Of a stretch of 64,000 nucleotides of DNA, positions 37,662-52,307 are shown piece by piece; position 1 is the first letter of the stretch, and every line of letters starts with the position of its first letter. Where the stretch lies: NCBI RefSeq assembly GCF_006345805.1, contig NC_042997.1:114886001-114950000 (forward strand), in the 5' to 3' direction. The position numbers and the translations under genes were made by a program. The notes beneath the pieces were generated by a model. That model did no database searches and was not told the origin of the DNA. It was given only the letters and a program-made list of their open reading frames with translations. This DNA is from Octopus sinensis. Taxonomy: Eukaryota.

Positions 37662-39442
37662 ATCATTAATCCTTTTGTTACCATATTTCTGTTGAAATAC
37701 ACTGCCTTTTTTTCAATTAATTTTGAAACAACTTTGTCATTTGGAGGTGTACCACGTGCCAGACAAGTGATTTGATCTGAGACTGTGTTTTGAAACAGAA
37801 ACAATTACAGTTATGGCAGTCACATATTCGCCATTCAAAACTACACAAAGACTGTTAACTTCTCTTAAACATTTATTTCATGTCAAAATTGTCATCACAC
37901 CAACTGTGACCTGGTCACTGATGTAGTTCTGGTGTTTGGAACATAAATTATTTTGAAATTTTGACGGGAGGTTTTTCATGACTAACAGGAAGTGTGTATC
38001 ATAGAAACTTGGGCTGCTGGTCTCAGGCAATGATGTCAAAAAGGCTTCTTTTTCTTCTCACATTAGGTATAATTTTAATTTTAATTTTAAAAAATTCACT
38101 ATTTTATGTTAGCACCCACTTAATTATTTGTTCAGCGCTGCCTTGACTGGCTTCTGTGCTGGTGGCACATAAAAAGCACTAACCGATCGTGACCGCTGCC
38201 AGCCTCCCCTGGCACCTATGCCGGTGGCACGTAAAAAGCACCTACTACACTCACGGAGTGGTTAGCGTTAGGAAGGGCATCCAGCTGTAGAAACACTGCC
38301 AGATCAGACTGGAGCCTGGCACAGCCTCCTGGCTTCCCAGACCCCGGTCGAACTGTCCAACCCGTGCTAGCACGGAAAACGGATGTTAAATGATGATGTA
38401 GAAGATGCCCCTTGATAGTTTCTCTTCTAATCATTTCTTGCAACCTCTCCTATTTAGATCAGGTCTCTAAGAAATATAAATTTAAATGAATGTTTACTGG
38501 TTTACTAAATTTTAACATAATCTAGCTCTTTGAATCGGTGCCATTCTAAAAAATTACAAATGGTTAAATTATTTTCATGAACTTTAGGAATTACAGAGTT
38601 TCTTAAATTCATTTACAAGCCCAGGTATGATATCTAGATTGAAGTGGATTAGAGTTGAATCATCTTTTCATGTATTTAGGGAATTATTATCTCCAGGTTA
38701 GCCTTGATTCATCACGCCTACTATCAGACACATTCCAAATGTGACCATCATGTATATTTTTATAGATACTCCTTACTCATCCTCTGCTCTTCACTGTATC
38801 ATGTTGCTTGGGTAATGTGGGTCACCATTGGGTTTCTCCATATTTAATCCACCCTACTACCTTTGTACTTATTGCTTTAGCCCCACCCCTCTCTCTCCTG
38901 CCTGTGTAAAGAAGGATTACATTAAATCTCTTGAATATATCCATCCGCCACTTCTGTACTGCTACCATCGCTCACTCTCCTCCAGAACACTTGTGATTGA
39001 AATATAACTATCTCTCTCTCTCTCTCTTATCAGCAAAGATGTAACTGCTATCACTACCTCTCTCCCTTTACCCTCTGTTATTACTCTTTTCCATTACTCA
39101 CACCAGTCAGCAGAAGTTTGCCATTGCCTTCTGCCAGAGCCATGTGGAACTTAGGTGTTTCGCTGATAAACACACACATCGCCCAATCAGAGATTTGAAT
39201 CCACGATCCGTCAACCGTGAGTCTGTTGCTCTAACCACTAGGCCATGTGCCTCCACTCAAGTGGGATAAATTAGGTTAAATTGTGGAAAATATGTTATCC
39301 ATGACAAATTAATTATCTTGCGTAAAAATTATATTTGTAGTTATTTCTTTTGTTCAGCATTCTCACATTCTTTTATATACTAAAGTCTTAAACTTTGTGG
39401 ATTTGGTAGATAGAAACCAAAACAAGCCCATCATGTGTACAT

Positions 39443-39466
<24 letters not shown>

Positions 39467-39477
<11 letters not shown>

Positions 39478-41067
39478 GTTGTGAGTTTGATACCTGATTG
39501 CATGTTGTGTCCTTGAGCAAGACATTCTATTTCATGTTGCTCCAATCCACTCAGCTGGCAAAAATGAGTAGTACCAGTAATTTAAAGGGCCAGCCTTATC
39601 ACATTCTGTGTTACGCTGAATCTTCCTGACAAACTACATTAAAAGTATGCTTGTCTGCAGAGTGCTGAACCACTTGCATGTTAATTTCATGAGCAGGCTG
39701 TTCTGTTGATCAGACCAACTGGAACACTCATTGCCATAACTGTGTGTGTATGTATGTATGTATGTATTTGTTCTGCATGTAACCATCTCTATGTATTTTA
39801 ATGCTTTCTACAATAAATATAAACTTAATTTAAATGACTCAGAGGAAGCTGAAAGATGTTGCACAAGCACTCAGCTCTCAGGGCAATGCTCCATTACAGC
39901 AGAAACAGCTGTAAATTAATGAAGGTGATTAAATAATTCTTGTTCTTTTGTCATTCACTCACTTTCTGTACCAGTGATCCTAAACCTTTTTTTAATATCT
40001 GGGTCAGATCCGAAACCTGGATACTTTTTAAGGGGCCACACCAAAACAAGCAAAATGTGAGTTAATTAATGAAAAATTTATATTCATAGGTGCAAGAATG
40101 GCTGTGTGGTAAGTAACTTGCTTACCAACCACATGGCTCCGGGTTCAGTCTCACTGTATGGCACCTTGGGCAAGTGTCTTCTACTATGGCTGCAGGCCAA
40201 CCAAAGCCTTGTGAGTGGATTTGGTAGACGGAAACTGAAAGAAGCCTGTTGTGTGTGTGTGTGTGTGGTGTGTGTGTGTGTGTGTGAGAGAGAGAGGTTG
40301 TGAGTTTGATACCTGATTGCATGTTGTGTCCTTGAGCAAGACATTCTATTTCATGTTGCTCCAATCCACTCAGCTGGCAAAAATGAGTAGTACCAGTAAT
40401 TTAAAGGGCCAGCCTTATCACATTCTGTGTTACGCTGAATCTTCCTGACAAACTACATTAAAAGTATGCTTGTCTGCAGAGTGCTGAACCACTTGCATGT
40501 TAATTTCATGAGCAGGCTGTTCTGTTGATCAGACCAACTGGAACACTCATTGCCATAACTGTGTGTGTATGTATGTATGTATGTATTTGTTCTGCATGTA
40601 ACCATCTCTATGTATTTTAATGCTTTCTACAATAAATATAAACTTAATTTAAATGACTCAGAGGAAGCTGAAAGATGTTGCACAAGCACTCAGCTCTCAG
40701 GGCAATGCTCCATTACAGCAGAAACAGCTGTAAATTAATGAAGGTGATTAAATAATTCTTGTTCTTTTGTCATTCACTCACTTTCTGTACCAGTGATCCT
40801 AAACCTTTTTTTAATATCTGGGTCAGATCCGAAACCTGGATACTTTTTAAGGGGCCACACCAAAACAAGCAAAATGTGAGTTAATTAATGAAAAATTTAT
40901 ATTCATAGGTGCAAGAATGGCTGTGTGGTAAGTAACTTGCTTACCAACCACATGGCTCCGGGTTCAGTCTCACTGTATGGCACCTTGGGCAAGTGTCTTC
41001 TACTATGGCTGCAGGCCAACCAAAGCCTTGTGAGTGGATTTGGTAGACGGAAACTGAAAGAAGCCTG

Positions 41068-41088
<21 letters not shown>
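39467..41088 (+). repeat. Tandem duplication, 819-bp unit bounded by (GT)n
   Basis: gagagagagaggttgtgag at 39467 and 40286; ORF starts 819 bp apart. Confidence 0.95.
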
Positions 41089-41127
<39 letters not shown>

Positions 41128-41345
41128 ATGTTTGTGTGCCTGTGTTTGTCCCCCCCCCAACATCACTTGACAACCGATGCTGGTGTGTTTATGTCTCCAT
41201 AACTTTGCAGTTCGGCAAAAGAAACCAATAGAATAAGTACTAGGCTTACACAGAATAAGTCCTGGAGTTGAGTTGCTCGACTAAAGGCAGTGCTCCAGCA
41301 TGGCCACAGCCAAATGATTGAAACAAATGAAAGAAAAAAATAATA
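40914..41345 (+). mobile_element. tRNA-derived SINE family A (other copies ~2509-2725-, 8690-8890-, 11128-11480-, 11565-11955+, 19155-19490+, 30715-31070-, 33660-34005-, 46300-46685+, 49270-49610-, 51060-51335-, 53905-54260+, 63415-63975+)
   Basis: A-box ggctgtgtggtaag, B-box gggttcagtc, ccttgggcaagtgtc core, internal (TG)n/(TA)n, LINE-like tail ccagcatggcc..cag...ctgaaac. Confidence 0.85.
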
Positions 41346-43225
41346 GAAACAAGACCATTGAGGGCTACATGCAGCCCTAGGAGATGTGGTTGAGAACTGC
41401 TGTTCTGTACTCACTTCATGTTGTACTCTGAAGCATAAGGATGAGTTTTGATACCCAATTATTAGTATCATTGTACCTAATCAAAATCATAATACGTACA
41501 CACACTAACATGTGTGCGTGCGTGCGTGTGTGCCCTTGTCTTGACATTGTAAACAAATGTCACTGTCACACAAGTGGTGTTTGTTGCAACTTCCATGAAA
41601 GCATGTCTGGCCATTGTGCTGTTTGTGTTCAGAGGACTAGGGAAAATACTAATTTGCTTGGAAACAGGTGAAGCTTGGCAACAAAAAAGAAAACCCAGCC
41701 ACAGAAAAACCTCTGATCCATGCAGGCATGGAAAGATATGGACATTAAATGATAAGGATGAATTTTTCTGGTGACCACACTTGTTCCGTTATCTCTTGTT
41801 CATTTTCACACTAAAATAGTGTTTATCCAAGTGTTGTTGAGTAGTTTTAGTCATTTCTACTTAATTTGGTTTATGGCATGGATGTAGCTGCTGGAATGTT
41901 CTGGAATAACTCCCTCGGGCCCAGTATGCTGGATACACTGTGATGTTTATAGAATAAACATCAAAGTGTATCTCGTATGTATATGTACCATTTATATGGT
42001 AATGAGTTTAATGAAACGGTTCTTAAGGGAAAAGGACAGCTTTAACAAAACAGTAATTAAAGAAAACAATAACAGCTTCTCATAAAAATAAAAACATTTG
42101 AAATTAAACGGTTTTTTTAAACTGAAAATATTTATTACAATTTCTTCCAAAGCATTAAGACTGATGTTATTCTATACTTTTTTCATTTTTCTTTTTGAAG
42201 TGTAGTAAATTTGCATAGGAAATTGGATTTCTTTTATTTCCCATTGATATAATTTCCAAAAGAAACTGCATTCAGGTTGCTTGTAGATATTTTAAGCTAT
42301 TCTTTAATTGTTAGCATATACAGACATGTAAAGGCCCATGGCATAGTGATTTAGGCTGTTGCACTCACAATTGCTAAATTATGGGTTCAATTTCCAGACC
42401 AGGTGACATGTTGGTTTTCCGTGAAACACTTCATTTCATGTTGTTCCTGTTGACTTGCTTGCCTAGCCAGCAGGGTGGTGTCATCCAAAGGCTAAAACAA
42501 TGCACCAGCACATTGTGACCAGTAATGTGTAACATTTGATTGTCTGGTCATTTATGTGGTCACATGATATACAGGCATAGCTGTGTCAGCTAAGAAGTCC
42601 TCTTCTCAATCATATTGTTTGATCCTAAAGTGTGGTATGTCCTACTGTAGCCCCTGACTGACCAATGCCTTGTGGAGGATTTTTTTTTTGTCACTTAACC
42701 CCTAGGGTTTATAAGGCTGCTTACCTGGTTTCCAAGACATAAATAATCAAGATCACAATGTTCCCTTGAACAGGATGCTGATCTGTTGCAGGGTTAAAGG
42801 TCATCAATTTTGGGGGAAGGGGACAAGTGAATTACATTGCCCCCCCTCCCCCGTACATGGCTGGTACTTTATTTCATTGGCCCCAAAAGTACGGTTGTCC
42901 TCCGAACCCCGAATGTAAAGTAGTTGGAAGAAATGCTGTTAAGCCCTTTGTCTGATGTGCAAATGTTTCTGACAGCTTGTCACTTTGGTGGGGGAATTTA
43001 GTTGACAGAAATAGCAGAAAGCCGTGTGTGTGTGTGCGTGTGCGTGCGATGCGATGCAATTTTATATTTCTGAGATGAAGAATTTATATTACGTACACTG
43101 TTTACATTAGTCAGACTGGTATCCCCATCTTGATTTTTGTTTCTACCTCTATATTCTCCAGCCTACTTCAGGTGTCAGTGGAAGGGTTTATAAGCTTTAA
43201 AAATTCACCGTGTCACTGCCTACAA

Positions 43226-43395
43226 ACATAATGGATAAGGTGTTGGTTAATCAGTGCAGTCACATAGAGGGTCCGAGTTCAATCCCAGGCAAGACACTAA
43301 TATGAATCACAAGACACCAGGAGAAGGCTGGGGCATACACAGCCAAAACATGGTAAAAGCTATAGTTAAGGTGAGGATACCAGTTTGACTAATGT
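43226..43395 (+). mobile_element. Old tRNA-headed element with decayed family-1-like hammerhead
   Basis: aatggataagg...gagttcaatccc head, then GACAC-CAGGAGA-A-GGCUG...CAGCC-AAAAC. Confidence 0.5.
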
Positions 43396-44053
43396 CAACA
43401 GAATACTTGATGATATCTCATGTTTGTCATTGAGTGAAATGATGGTGATGCTGATATTACCAGTTGCTCTGTTTTTAAAGACGCCTGAAATACAAAAAAC
43501 AATCTGTTACTTGAAAATAGGTTAGGGTTGGCAACAGGAAGAGCATCTGACTGTAAAAATCCTGTCTCAGATAATCTCCTGTCCAAACCCATGCTAGCAT
43601 GGAAACAGACAGATGTTAAACAAATGAACAAATTTCTTGAATGTCATATAAAACAACTTTTTACACTTACGAGGAGGAATCTTCCAGTCATATGTCTCCA
43701 GTTCTCTACTTTGTATTTTAAATATCAATCTATAAATACAGTAAGTCAATCAATATTTCATATTAGAAGCTTGATGTCACTAGAATAAAATAAAATGGTT
43801 TGTTGTGATGTGATTGATATAGGAACATGTTAGTAAAAGATTTTGCTCCTTAATTACAATGGCCCCTTAACAGTCCCTCTGTGAAGTATTCTCTGATCAA
43901 GTGAGTATTGCATTAGCTTTTACTCAGCCCAAACTTGAGTAACATTGTGTTGTTGGAAACTGTGAGGAAGCCCAGCAGATGAACTGTACCGGTAATTCGA
44001 AGGGCCAGACTTGTTATACTGTGTCTTGCAAGGGGGTTTTCCTGAAGGTTACA

Positions 44054-44840
44054 TTAACCCTTTAGCATTCAGATTATTCTGTCAAATGTAAAGCATATTT
44101 ATTCACATTGTTTTGAATTAACCATATATTGTATCTTGTAGCTTTGAGGTTTTAATAATGAAATTTTACACAGACATGCAGGAAGTAAATAGACACCTTT
44201 AATTTTCAAAATCTTTTGATGATGATGATTGAAGGAGAGGTTTTCTTCTAGCTGCTCGTCCATAATACCCAAGCTTATGCAGATATGTAACACATGTTCT
44301 AGACTAACTTCTAGCTGTTTTGCAATGTCAGAACCTTCAAACGAGGTTCATTTCCCACAATTCTCTTCAAACAGCGAAGATTCCTTTCCAAGGGCCCAGG
44401 TCGGCCGGTATGATAATCTGTTGATTCTTTTCCTTGGCTTTTGAATTGCATTATAATTCTATTAACAGTAGCAAGAGGAATTTGAAAATTTTTGACAATT
44501 TTTCGCTGGTTAAGACCAGCCTCAGATTGCCCAACAATACAACCTTTTTGAAAATCTGACAGTTCTGCTGGACTTTTTGTGCGTGGCATGGTTACTCTTT
44601 GCAAATGTTTAATATAATGGCACGTGGAATGAAAAAAAATAATTACATTGTAAATTCTACACTGCTGAAAACATTAAGGTGCTTAGATCAGAAATTTTGA
44701 AAATTAAAGGTGTCTATTTACTTCCTGCATGTCTGTGTATACTTCAGGGTTGGTGTTAGAAGACACATCTGGTCAGTTTGAGCATAAAAGAATAATAATA
44801 TTTGGTATGGATATGGTCAGTTTAAATACTAAAGGGTTAA
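44054..44840. mobile_element. TTAA-flanked (piggyBac-like) MITE split by the Tc1 insertion; other copies ~5612-5832, 25960-26107, 28850-29072
   Basis: TTAA|CCCTTTAGCATT ... AATACTAAAGGG|TTAA termini. Confidence 0.8.
44169..44737 (-). mobile_element. Internally deleted Tc1/mariner DNA transposon (569 bp)
   Basis: 44-bp perfect TIRs (cacagacatgcaggaagtaaatagacacctttaattttcaaaat), TA TSD at 44167-68 and 44738-39. Minus ORF MPRTKSPAELSDFQKGCIVG...TGRP, then frameshifted LHKLGYYGRAARRKPLL; DDE domain absent. Confidence 0.93.
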
Positions 44841-45954
44841 GGATACAAGTGTCTGGGGGATACTCGTGCCATTTATACTGTAATATAGTAAATGTGTAGT
44901 TTTGGTTGAACAACTGGCACTCTCGTCTGTCAAAGTTGGCCAGAGATCCAAAATTTGTGATGTATTTCTGTATCTGGTTATGTTTGTTTATTGAAGGTTG
45001 CAAATAACATTAGACTTGCACGAAACAGAAACCCCTGCCAAATACCTTCAGCACAAAAGACAAATCGTTGGCTGGCAACAAATATAAACCAAAAACTTCA
45101 GTCACTCTTGTTTGTAAAAGAATATCATCTAAGTAGGCCTGGCCAACTCAGATTACATTGTGGGCCACTTTAATCACAGAAAGTTTTTGAGAGCCGCTTG
45201 TATACTGACAGAATTGAAAGGATTTTGCTTTCTCATGCTATTATTACAATAATGAATGAAAGATCGTTGATTTGACATGAAATATTCACCATCATCATCA
45301 TCATTTAATGTCTACCTTCCATGCTGGCATGGGTTGGACAGTTTGAGGTCTGGAGAGCCAGTGGCTGCACCAGGCTCCAATCTGATGTGACAAAATTTCT
45401 ACAGCTGGATGCCCTTCCTAATGCCAACCACTCTGAGAGTGTAGTGGGTGCTTTTTACATGCCACTGGCACAGGAGCCAGCCAGTCAGTCAGGCAGGCTT
45501 GGCATTGATCACATTCGGCCAGTGCTTTTTACGTGCCACCGGCACTTTATGTCAATACTTTTACTGGACTATGATCATACTGGAGCATCATGTTCAAAAG
45601 AGCCAAAATAATACTGCAAGGCACTTTTCTGATGCTCTAACAATTCTACAAATTCATCAATAATAATAATAATAATCATTATAATCCTTTCTACTATAGG
45701 CACAAAGCCTGAAATTTGGAGGAGGGGGCTAGTTGATTACACTGACCCCAATGCTTAACTGGTGCTTATTTTATTGACCCCAAAAGGATGAAAGGCAAAG
45801 TCAATAAAATTATGCAAAAACAGTATCTTTCTTTTTTTTCTTTTCATTACAATCTTTAATTTTTGGTAATTTTTAAAAAAATGTTCATTTAAATAAACCC
45901 ATTTCAAGAAAGTATCAAGCAGGCCACATGTGGCTTGTGAGCCCTGATCTAGAT

Positions 45955-46205
45955 CTTAAAGGGGGTTTATATGGCCTTTGGGGACTACATAAGATCTTGT
46001 TGTTAAAACTTATGTGCATTGAATTGGTTATACTTCCCTAATATACAAAATATGTTAGCAATTTCTTTTTCATACAGTTCCTAATGATATTTAATTATAA
46101 AAATATAATAGAATTTTTTTAAACATCGAATGGCTATGAGGGTCCACTTGAGTAAAACTAGGAATCAAAGGTTCCAGCAGTAGAAAAGATGGTTGAGAAC
46201 CACTG
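45955..46205. mobile_element. hAT (Charlie-like) MITE (related ~58110-58352, 4560-4675)
   Basis: Ends ggttgagaaccactg, a typical hAT-Charlie terminus. Confidence 0.6.
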
Positions 46206-48594
46206 ATTTTTTTAGATACCTTTTCTGAACAATCTGGATAGACTGAGAAAATATAATGAATAAAGATGTGTGTGTGGGTGTGTAAAAATGATTATGTGGT
46301 GTGGCTGTGTGGTAAGAAGGTTGCTTCCCAACCACATGGTTCTGGGTTCAGTCTCACTGTGTGGCACCTTGAGCAAGTGTCTTCTATAGTCTTAAGCCGA
46401 CCAAAACCTTGTGAGTGGATTTGTTAGATGGAAACTGAAAGAAACCTGTCGTATACATACATACATACATACATGCATATATGTGTATGTTTCCCCCCCC
46501 CCCCCCCCCAAACGTTTGACAACCAATCTTGGTGTGTTTATATCTCTGTAACTTCGTGATTCAGCAAAAGAGACCGATAGAATAGGTACTAGACTTACAA
46601 AGAATGTCCTGGGGTCGATTTCTTCGACTAAAGGTAGTGCTCCAACATCGCTGCAGTCAAACAACTGAAACAAATAAAAGAATATATATATATAAAGATG
46701 AATATATATGAAAATATGAAGGTGTGTGCCAGTGTTCGTCCCACCATCAGTCCTTGAGTACTGGTGTTGGTTTATGCCTGCATAAGTTAGCATTTCAGCG
46801 CCATTGACCAACAACAAAAGTAGCAGAATTAAATAAGTGCTGGAGTGGTTGGCGTTAGGAAAGGCATCCAGCCGTAGAAACCATGCCAAATCAGACTGGA
46901 ACCTGGATCAGCTCTCTGAATCTTCAGTTCCAATCAAACTGTCTAACCCATGCCAGCATGGAGAGCAGATGTTTGATGATGATAAAAACTTTCAAGGCAG
47001 TGTTCCAGCATGGCTGCAGTCCAATGACTGAAACAAGTAAAAGATAACATATTGAGACTTGCAGAGTGAAAAATATATTGGTGGAACCTAAAAATAGCAC
47101 CACATTAAAACATAACTGACAACCGCATATTGCTGTTGAAGGTCACAAAATAGAACCTGCTCTGTTGTGAAAATCAACTGTTGACTTGATACCAGTTAAG
47201 AAAAATACAGAAGATATTTGAGGACCATTAGTGAGGAGGTTGTAAATCGGATGCACGAAATATACTTCTCAGCTTCATTCCTATTATTGTTATTGAAGTG
47301 ACGGGATACCATGTTACCTTGATCAAAGCGTGACTGAACTTAGATTCTTGGGGAAAGAACACTGCTTCATAATTAGTACACCACAAATGATAATTATGAT
47401 ATCTGGGATAATAAAAAGCTGCAAGGCATTAAAATTTAAAAGATGAATTGTTGTAGAGTGTGACAAACACAATGAGGCCCTTTTCCTTTATATCCTTGCC
47501 ATTGAACAGGTGACTGTTCAAATTGAACTCTTAAAATATTCTAGTCAAGAAGAGAGCAGCATGTGCATACCTATGTACATATACATGCAGGCTTATTTCC
47601 TGTGCTTATTTCTCCATGATGTGTTGCTTTTTGGTGTTTAGAATACATGACCTGACCCAGATAAACCTCATCATTGATATAATTTATGTAAACCTAACAT
47701 ATGGCGAGAACTTATATAAACACAGCAAAACTTTTCCGCAAGAAATATTTATTATTTATTTTAAATATGTTTTTAAATTGGATTCCAGAAATTGCTAGTT
47801 AAAAAAATGAAGTCCTTGTCGATTGTTCCTAGTAACTACTCACAGCCTATTGATTTTAATTCTTATTGTTTCATTTGGCTGTCATCTGTTAGTAAATGAA
47901 GTTGTAAAAATAACTGTGAGAGCTAATCAGACACTTCTCAACGAGGTAAGCTTAATGACTCGCACCTTCTATACTGTTGAATTATAAACACAAAAGAAGT
48001 CACCTAGTCAATCCACATAAATCTATTATCAACAGTTTTAATCTGTGTTTATTAAAATGCCAGTGGTTTGGCTTTTGTAAGATCAAAGATTTAACTATTA
48101 AATCACACTTGTCATTCTCATGCGTGTGTGTGTGTGTGTGTGTGTGAGACCATGGCACACGTGATTGCAAATGGCACATGTTTATACATAAGACAAGTTT
48201 GATTCCTAGTTTTTATTTTTTCCTTCCTGAAATAAATTTCTGATCTGCATAGGTTTAATGTCATTTATGCAAAAGTGAACTTTTCCTTTTTAATGTAAGA
48301 AATCTTCTTTATCAAATGTGATTGTTTGTAGCCATAAAGCAATCGGGGAATAAAGTGAGGCTGTGAAAGTCCTCATTTTTTCCTTCTCTTTTTGTTGTTT
48401 CCTTTTATTTTATTTATTTTTCTTTTTTTGCCACAGCTTCTGTTGACTTTGTTTAGCTAAGTCGTTTGTATTGATCAGGATTAGAAGATTTATTGTTGTT
48501 ATGTTTAGCTTATTCATTTATCCTATCTGATTTGACATTTCTCTGTGTTTCTTTAATCAATCCTGGCCAACTTTATGTATTAATTACTTGTAGT

Positions 48595-49035
48595 AAGGTG
48601 GCGAGCTGGTAGAAACGTTAGCACACCGGGTGAATTGCTTAGTGGTATTTCATCTGTCTTTACGTTCTGAGTTCAAATTCCACCGAGGTCAACTTTGCCT
48701 TTCATCCTTTTGGGGTTGATAAATTAAGTACCAGTTGCGTAATGGAATTGATCTAATTGGCTGACTCCCTCCCACAAAATTTTGGGCCTTGTGCCCAAAG
48801 TAGAAAAGAATAATTTTTAAAGGCAGCGAGCTGGCACAGTGGATTGCATGCTGGGTGAAATGCTTAGTGGTATTTCATCTGTTTTTACGTTCTGAGTTCA
48901 AATTCCACCAAAGTCGACTTAGCCTTTCATCCTTTCAGGGTTGATAAAGTACCAGTTGTGTAATGAGATTGATCTAATCTACTGCCCCCCCCCCCCCAAA
49001 AAAAAATTTCAGGTCTTCTGCCTTGAGTAGAAAAG
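48595..49035 (+). mobile_element. Head-to-tail dimer of tRNA-derived SINE family D with 16-bp TSD
   Basis: Two diverged units (aaggtggcgagctgg...gaggtcaactttgcctttcatcc...agtaccagtt); attaattacttgtagt at 48579-48594 and 49036-49051. The central domain resembles a shared metazoan SINE domain (Meta/Nin type; assignment from memory). Confidence 0.85.
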
Positions 49036-52000
49036 ATTAATTACTTGTAGTGCAACCATTTTATAAGGATTGTCATTTGGATTATAAACCAAAATAATAT
49101 ATTCAATTTCCTTAGAGTTTATGCAACAGTTTAGGTCACTTTTATCAATCCTTTGTTAATTCAATCTGTTTATGGATGTAGGCATTGCTGTAGCTCACTT
49201 CACAGTTGAATGGTTTTCAATTTTAACCCATTGCATTACATCTTTTCTTTTATTTTCTTTTAATTGTTTCAATCAATAGGCTGCAACCATGCTCTGGTAC
49301 CATCTTGAAGAATTTTTAGTCAAATAAATCAACCCCAATACTATTTTTTTAAAGTCTGGTACTTAACCTATTGGTCTCTTTTGCCTAACTGCTAAGTCAT
49401 GGTGACATAAACACACCAACACTGGTTGACAAGTGGTGGACACACACACATACACAGGTTTCTTTCAGTTTCAATCTGCCAAATCCACTTAAAAGGCTTT
49501 GGTCAGCCCGACGCTACAGAAGACAGTTGCCCAGGTGCCACGCAGTTGACTGAACCTGGAACCATGTGGTTGGGGATTAAGCATCTTACCACATAGCCAC
49601 ACCTGTACACCTACTTTCAAGTAAAATTGGCTGGGGACAAATAACGATGTATGACCAAAAGCAGAACACTATATCAGTGGTACATCATTGTCATATGTCT
49701 ATTTCCCATACTCGAATGGGTTGGACAGCTTCTCTCCCACACACAATCCTGTCACTTACGATACTTTGTTATCTCTTTTTTTATTTTGTTTTAAGGCTCA
49801 GCATCCTGAGACCAGCTTTCACTGCTTCTGCCCATGTCTTCCTCCGTCTTCTTATTCTACTGGTTCCGTCTTGCTCCCTCTGTTGTCCTCCACATTCATT
49901 ACACAATCAGCACAATCTTCTTACTTGCACACTTTTAAAGCTGATTCCTCTTATTCACAGTTTTTCTCTCAGCTCATCTGTGTCACATTGCTTATCATCA
50001 TCATCATCATCGTTTAACGTCCACTTTCCATGCTAGCATAGGTTGGACGGTTCGACTGGGGTCTGGGAAGCCAGGAAGCTGCACCAGGCCCAATCTGATT
50101 TGGCAGTGTTTCTACAGCTCAATGCCCTTCCTAATGCCAACCATTTCGTGAGTGTAGTGGGTGCTTATCTCCAGTGGATCATACTTGATCCCCATGTCTC
50201 CTGCATCCCTTGATCATGTCTCACCACCATGCAGTGTCTCAGTTTGTGCACAAGCATCATACATAAATAAATTCATAGACACATAGTTCCTAGTTTCTCT
50301 GGTTTAGACAGATCATGTAAGTGAACTACTTTTGAAGTGTTAAACATTAAATATTGAAGGTGGACTGCAGTTAGGAGGAAATAACATGTGTTGATCTTTT
50401 GTTTTCGATAGCTGTGGTACTATGAGCTAAAAAATTTGACCAACATTATCTGAGTGCAGGTTGAGGTTTTCCATTTCAGCATGGCTTTAATGAGAAAAAA
50501 GTCAGCGAAATGATTACTGTAAGATTACTTTAGGATGTCTTGTTTATCAATCTTACTGATAATATATTTGCATATAAACTTGAAACTGTGTTTATGAGGA
50601 AGCCTAGCATAATTGAATAGATAGCCTTTGTACTTGTGTGTGTGTGCACACACAAACACATTCAGATAAATGTAAATTACATTTTTTTAAATTTGTGACA
50701 CGACTCCACTTGCAACGGAGTTTAAGGGTGGGTGGGTGAGATGAGGATATTAAAAAATTAAACATTTTGTGTCCTGTTACTCTCAATAAAATGAGAGCCA
50801 ATAGCAAGCTCTTTTTCTATTTGCTATAGACAGGATTACTTACTTTCCTACAAGTGAAGCTTTAAGCGTCATCTTTTAGCCATATGAAGCCCAAATATTC
50901 TACATGGTTTACATTCAAATTGACCAAATTCGGCTTCTAAATGCTAAAGGATTTAATGTTTCCCCCATTTTGATTGGTCATAAACATTGCATGTGTGTGT
51001 GTGCATTTCATATTGTTTTTACATTGTACAACCTTGAAGGGTTAAGTTGTATTTATTTGTTTCAAGGTCTGGTATTTATTCTGTCCACCTCCTTTGCTGA
51101 TCTGCTTGGTTATGAGGTCGTAAAGAAAAGAAAAAACACCAGTTGTCAAGCAGTGACAGGCAACACACACACACACACACACTCTGTGATGGGCAACCGC
51201 AGTTTATGCTTACCAAATCCACTCACAGGGTATTGGTCAGCCCATGGCTGTAGTAGAAGACATTTGCCCAAGGTGCCATGCAGTGGGGTTGAACCTGGAA
51301 CAGTGCGGTTAGGAAGCAAACTTCTTGCCACATAGCTGCTGCTTTTCTATGTGCAGGTTTCAGACATAATTTGTTTGAGTTCAGTTCCTCTGTGTGGCTG
51401 GCACTTTGGACAAGTGTCTGCCTTGAGAGTGGATTTGATAGAATGAAGCTGAAAGCAGTCGACTGTCTGGGTGTTTGTGTTTCCTTGTCTTGACTTCACA
51501 TGATAGGTATGAATGAATGTTGCATTCATGCAAAAGGTGCCATTTATTTCTGATCTTCTATAAAAATGTGCCTGGCCATGGGGAAATATAACCTTTCTTG
51601 GAAACGGGTGAAAGTTGGTGACAGGAAGGACATCTGGCCAAAGAAAATATGTCTTGGCAAATAACGTCCTAGTCATACAAGTATGGTAAAGGGAACAGTA
51701 AAACAACTGTCATCATCATCATCATCATCATCATCGTTTAATGTCTACTTTCCATGCTGGCATGGGTTGGACAGTTTGACTGACAACTGGCAAGCCAGGA
51801 GGCTGCACCAGGCTCCAATCTAATCTGGCAAGGTTTCTACAGCTGGATGCCCTTTCTAATGCCAACCACTGGCACGGAAGCCAGTCAGGCGGCACTAGAA
51901 AAAAATCAGAAAAAACTGGCATTCTGTCAGTTATGACAATGACGAGAGTTCCATTAGATCTGATCAATGGAATGACCTGCTAGTGGCTGAGCACTTGTGC

Positions 52001-52307
52001 ACCCTTAACATGGTTCTCAAAGAGATTCAGTATGACACAGATTGTGATGAAGTGAACCCTTTGAATTACAATTCGTTTTTGCCAGCTGAATTGACTGGGA
52101 CAATGTGAAATAAAGTGTCTTGCTCAAGGATACAATGCACTACTGGGTACTGAACTCGTGACCTTGTGATTGTAAGCCGAATACCCTAACCACTTGGTCA
52201 CACGGCTTCACTAATGCTGTTACACTTGTGCAAACACAGAGAAATACAGTTCATGAAAATAACCAAGTAATTATAGCTTTTGTAGAAATGGAAACATAAA
52301 AGTCGCC

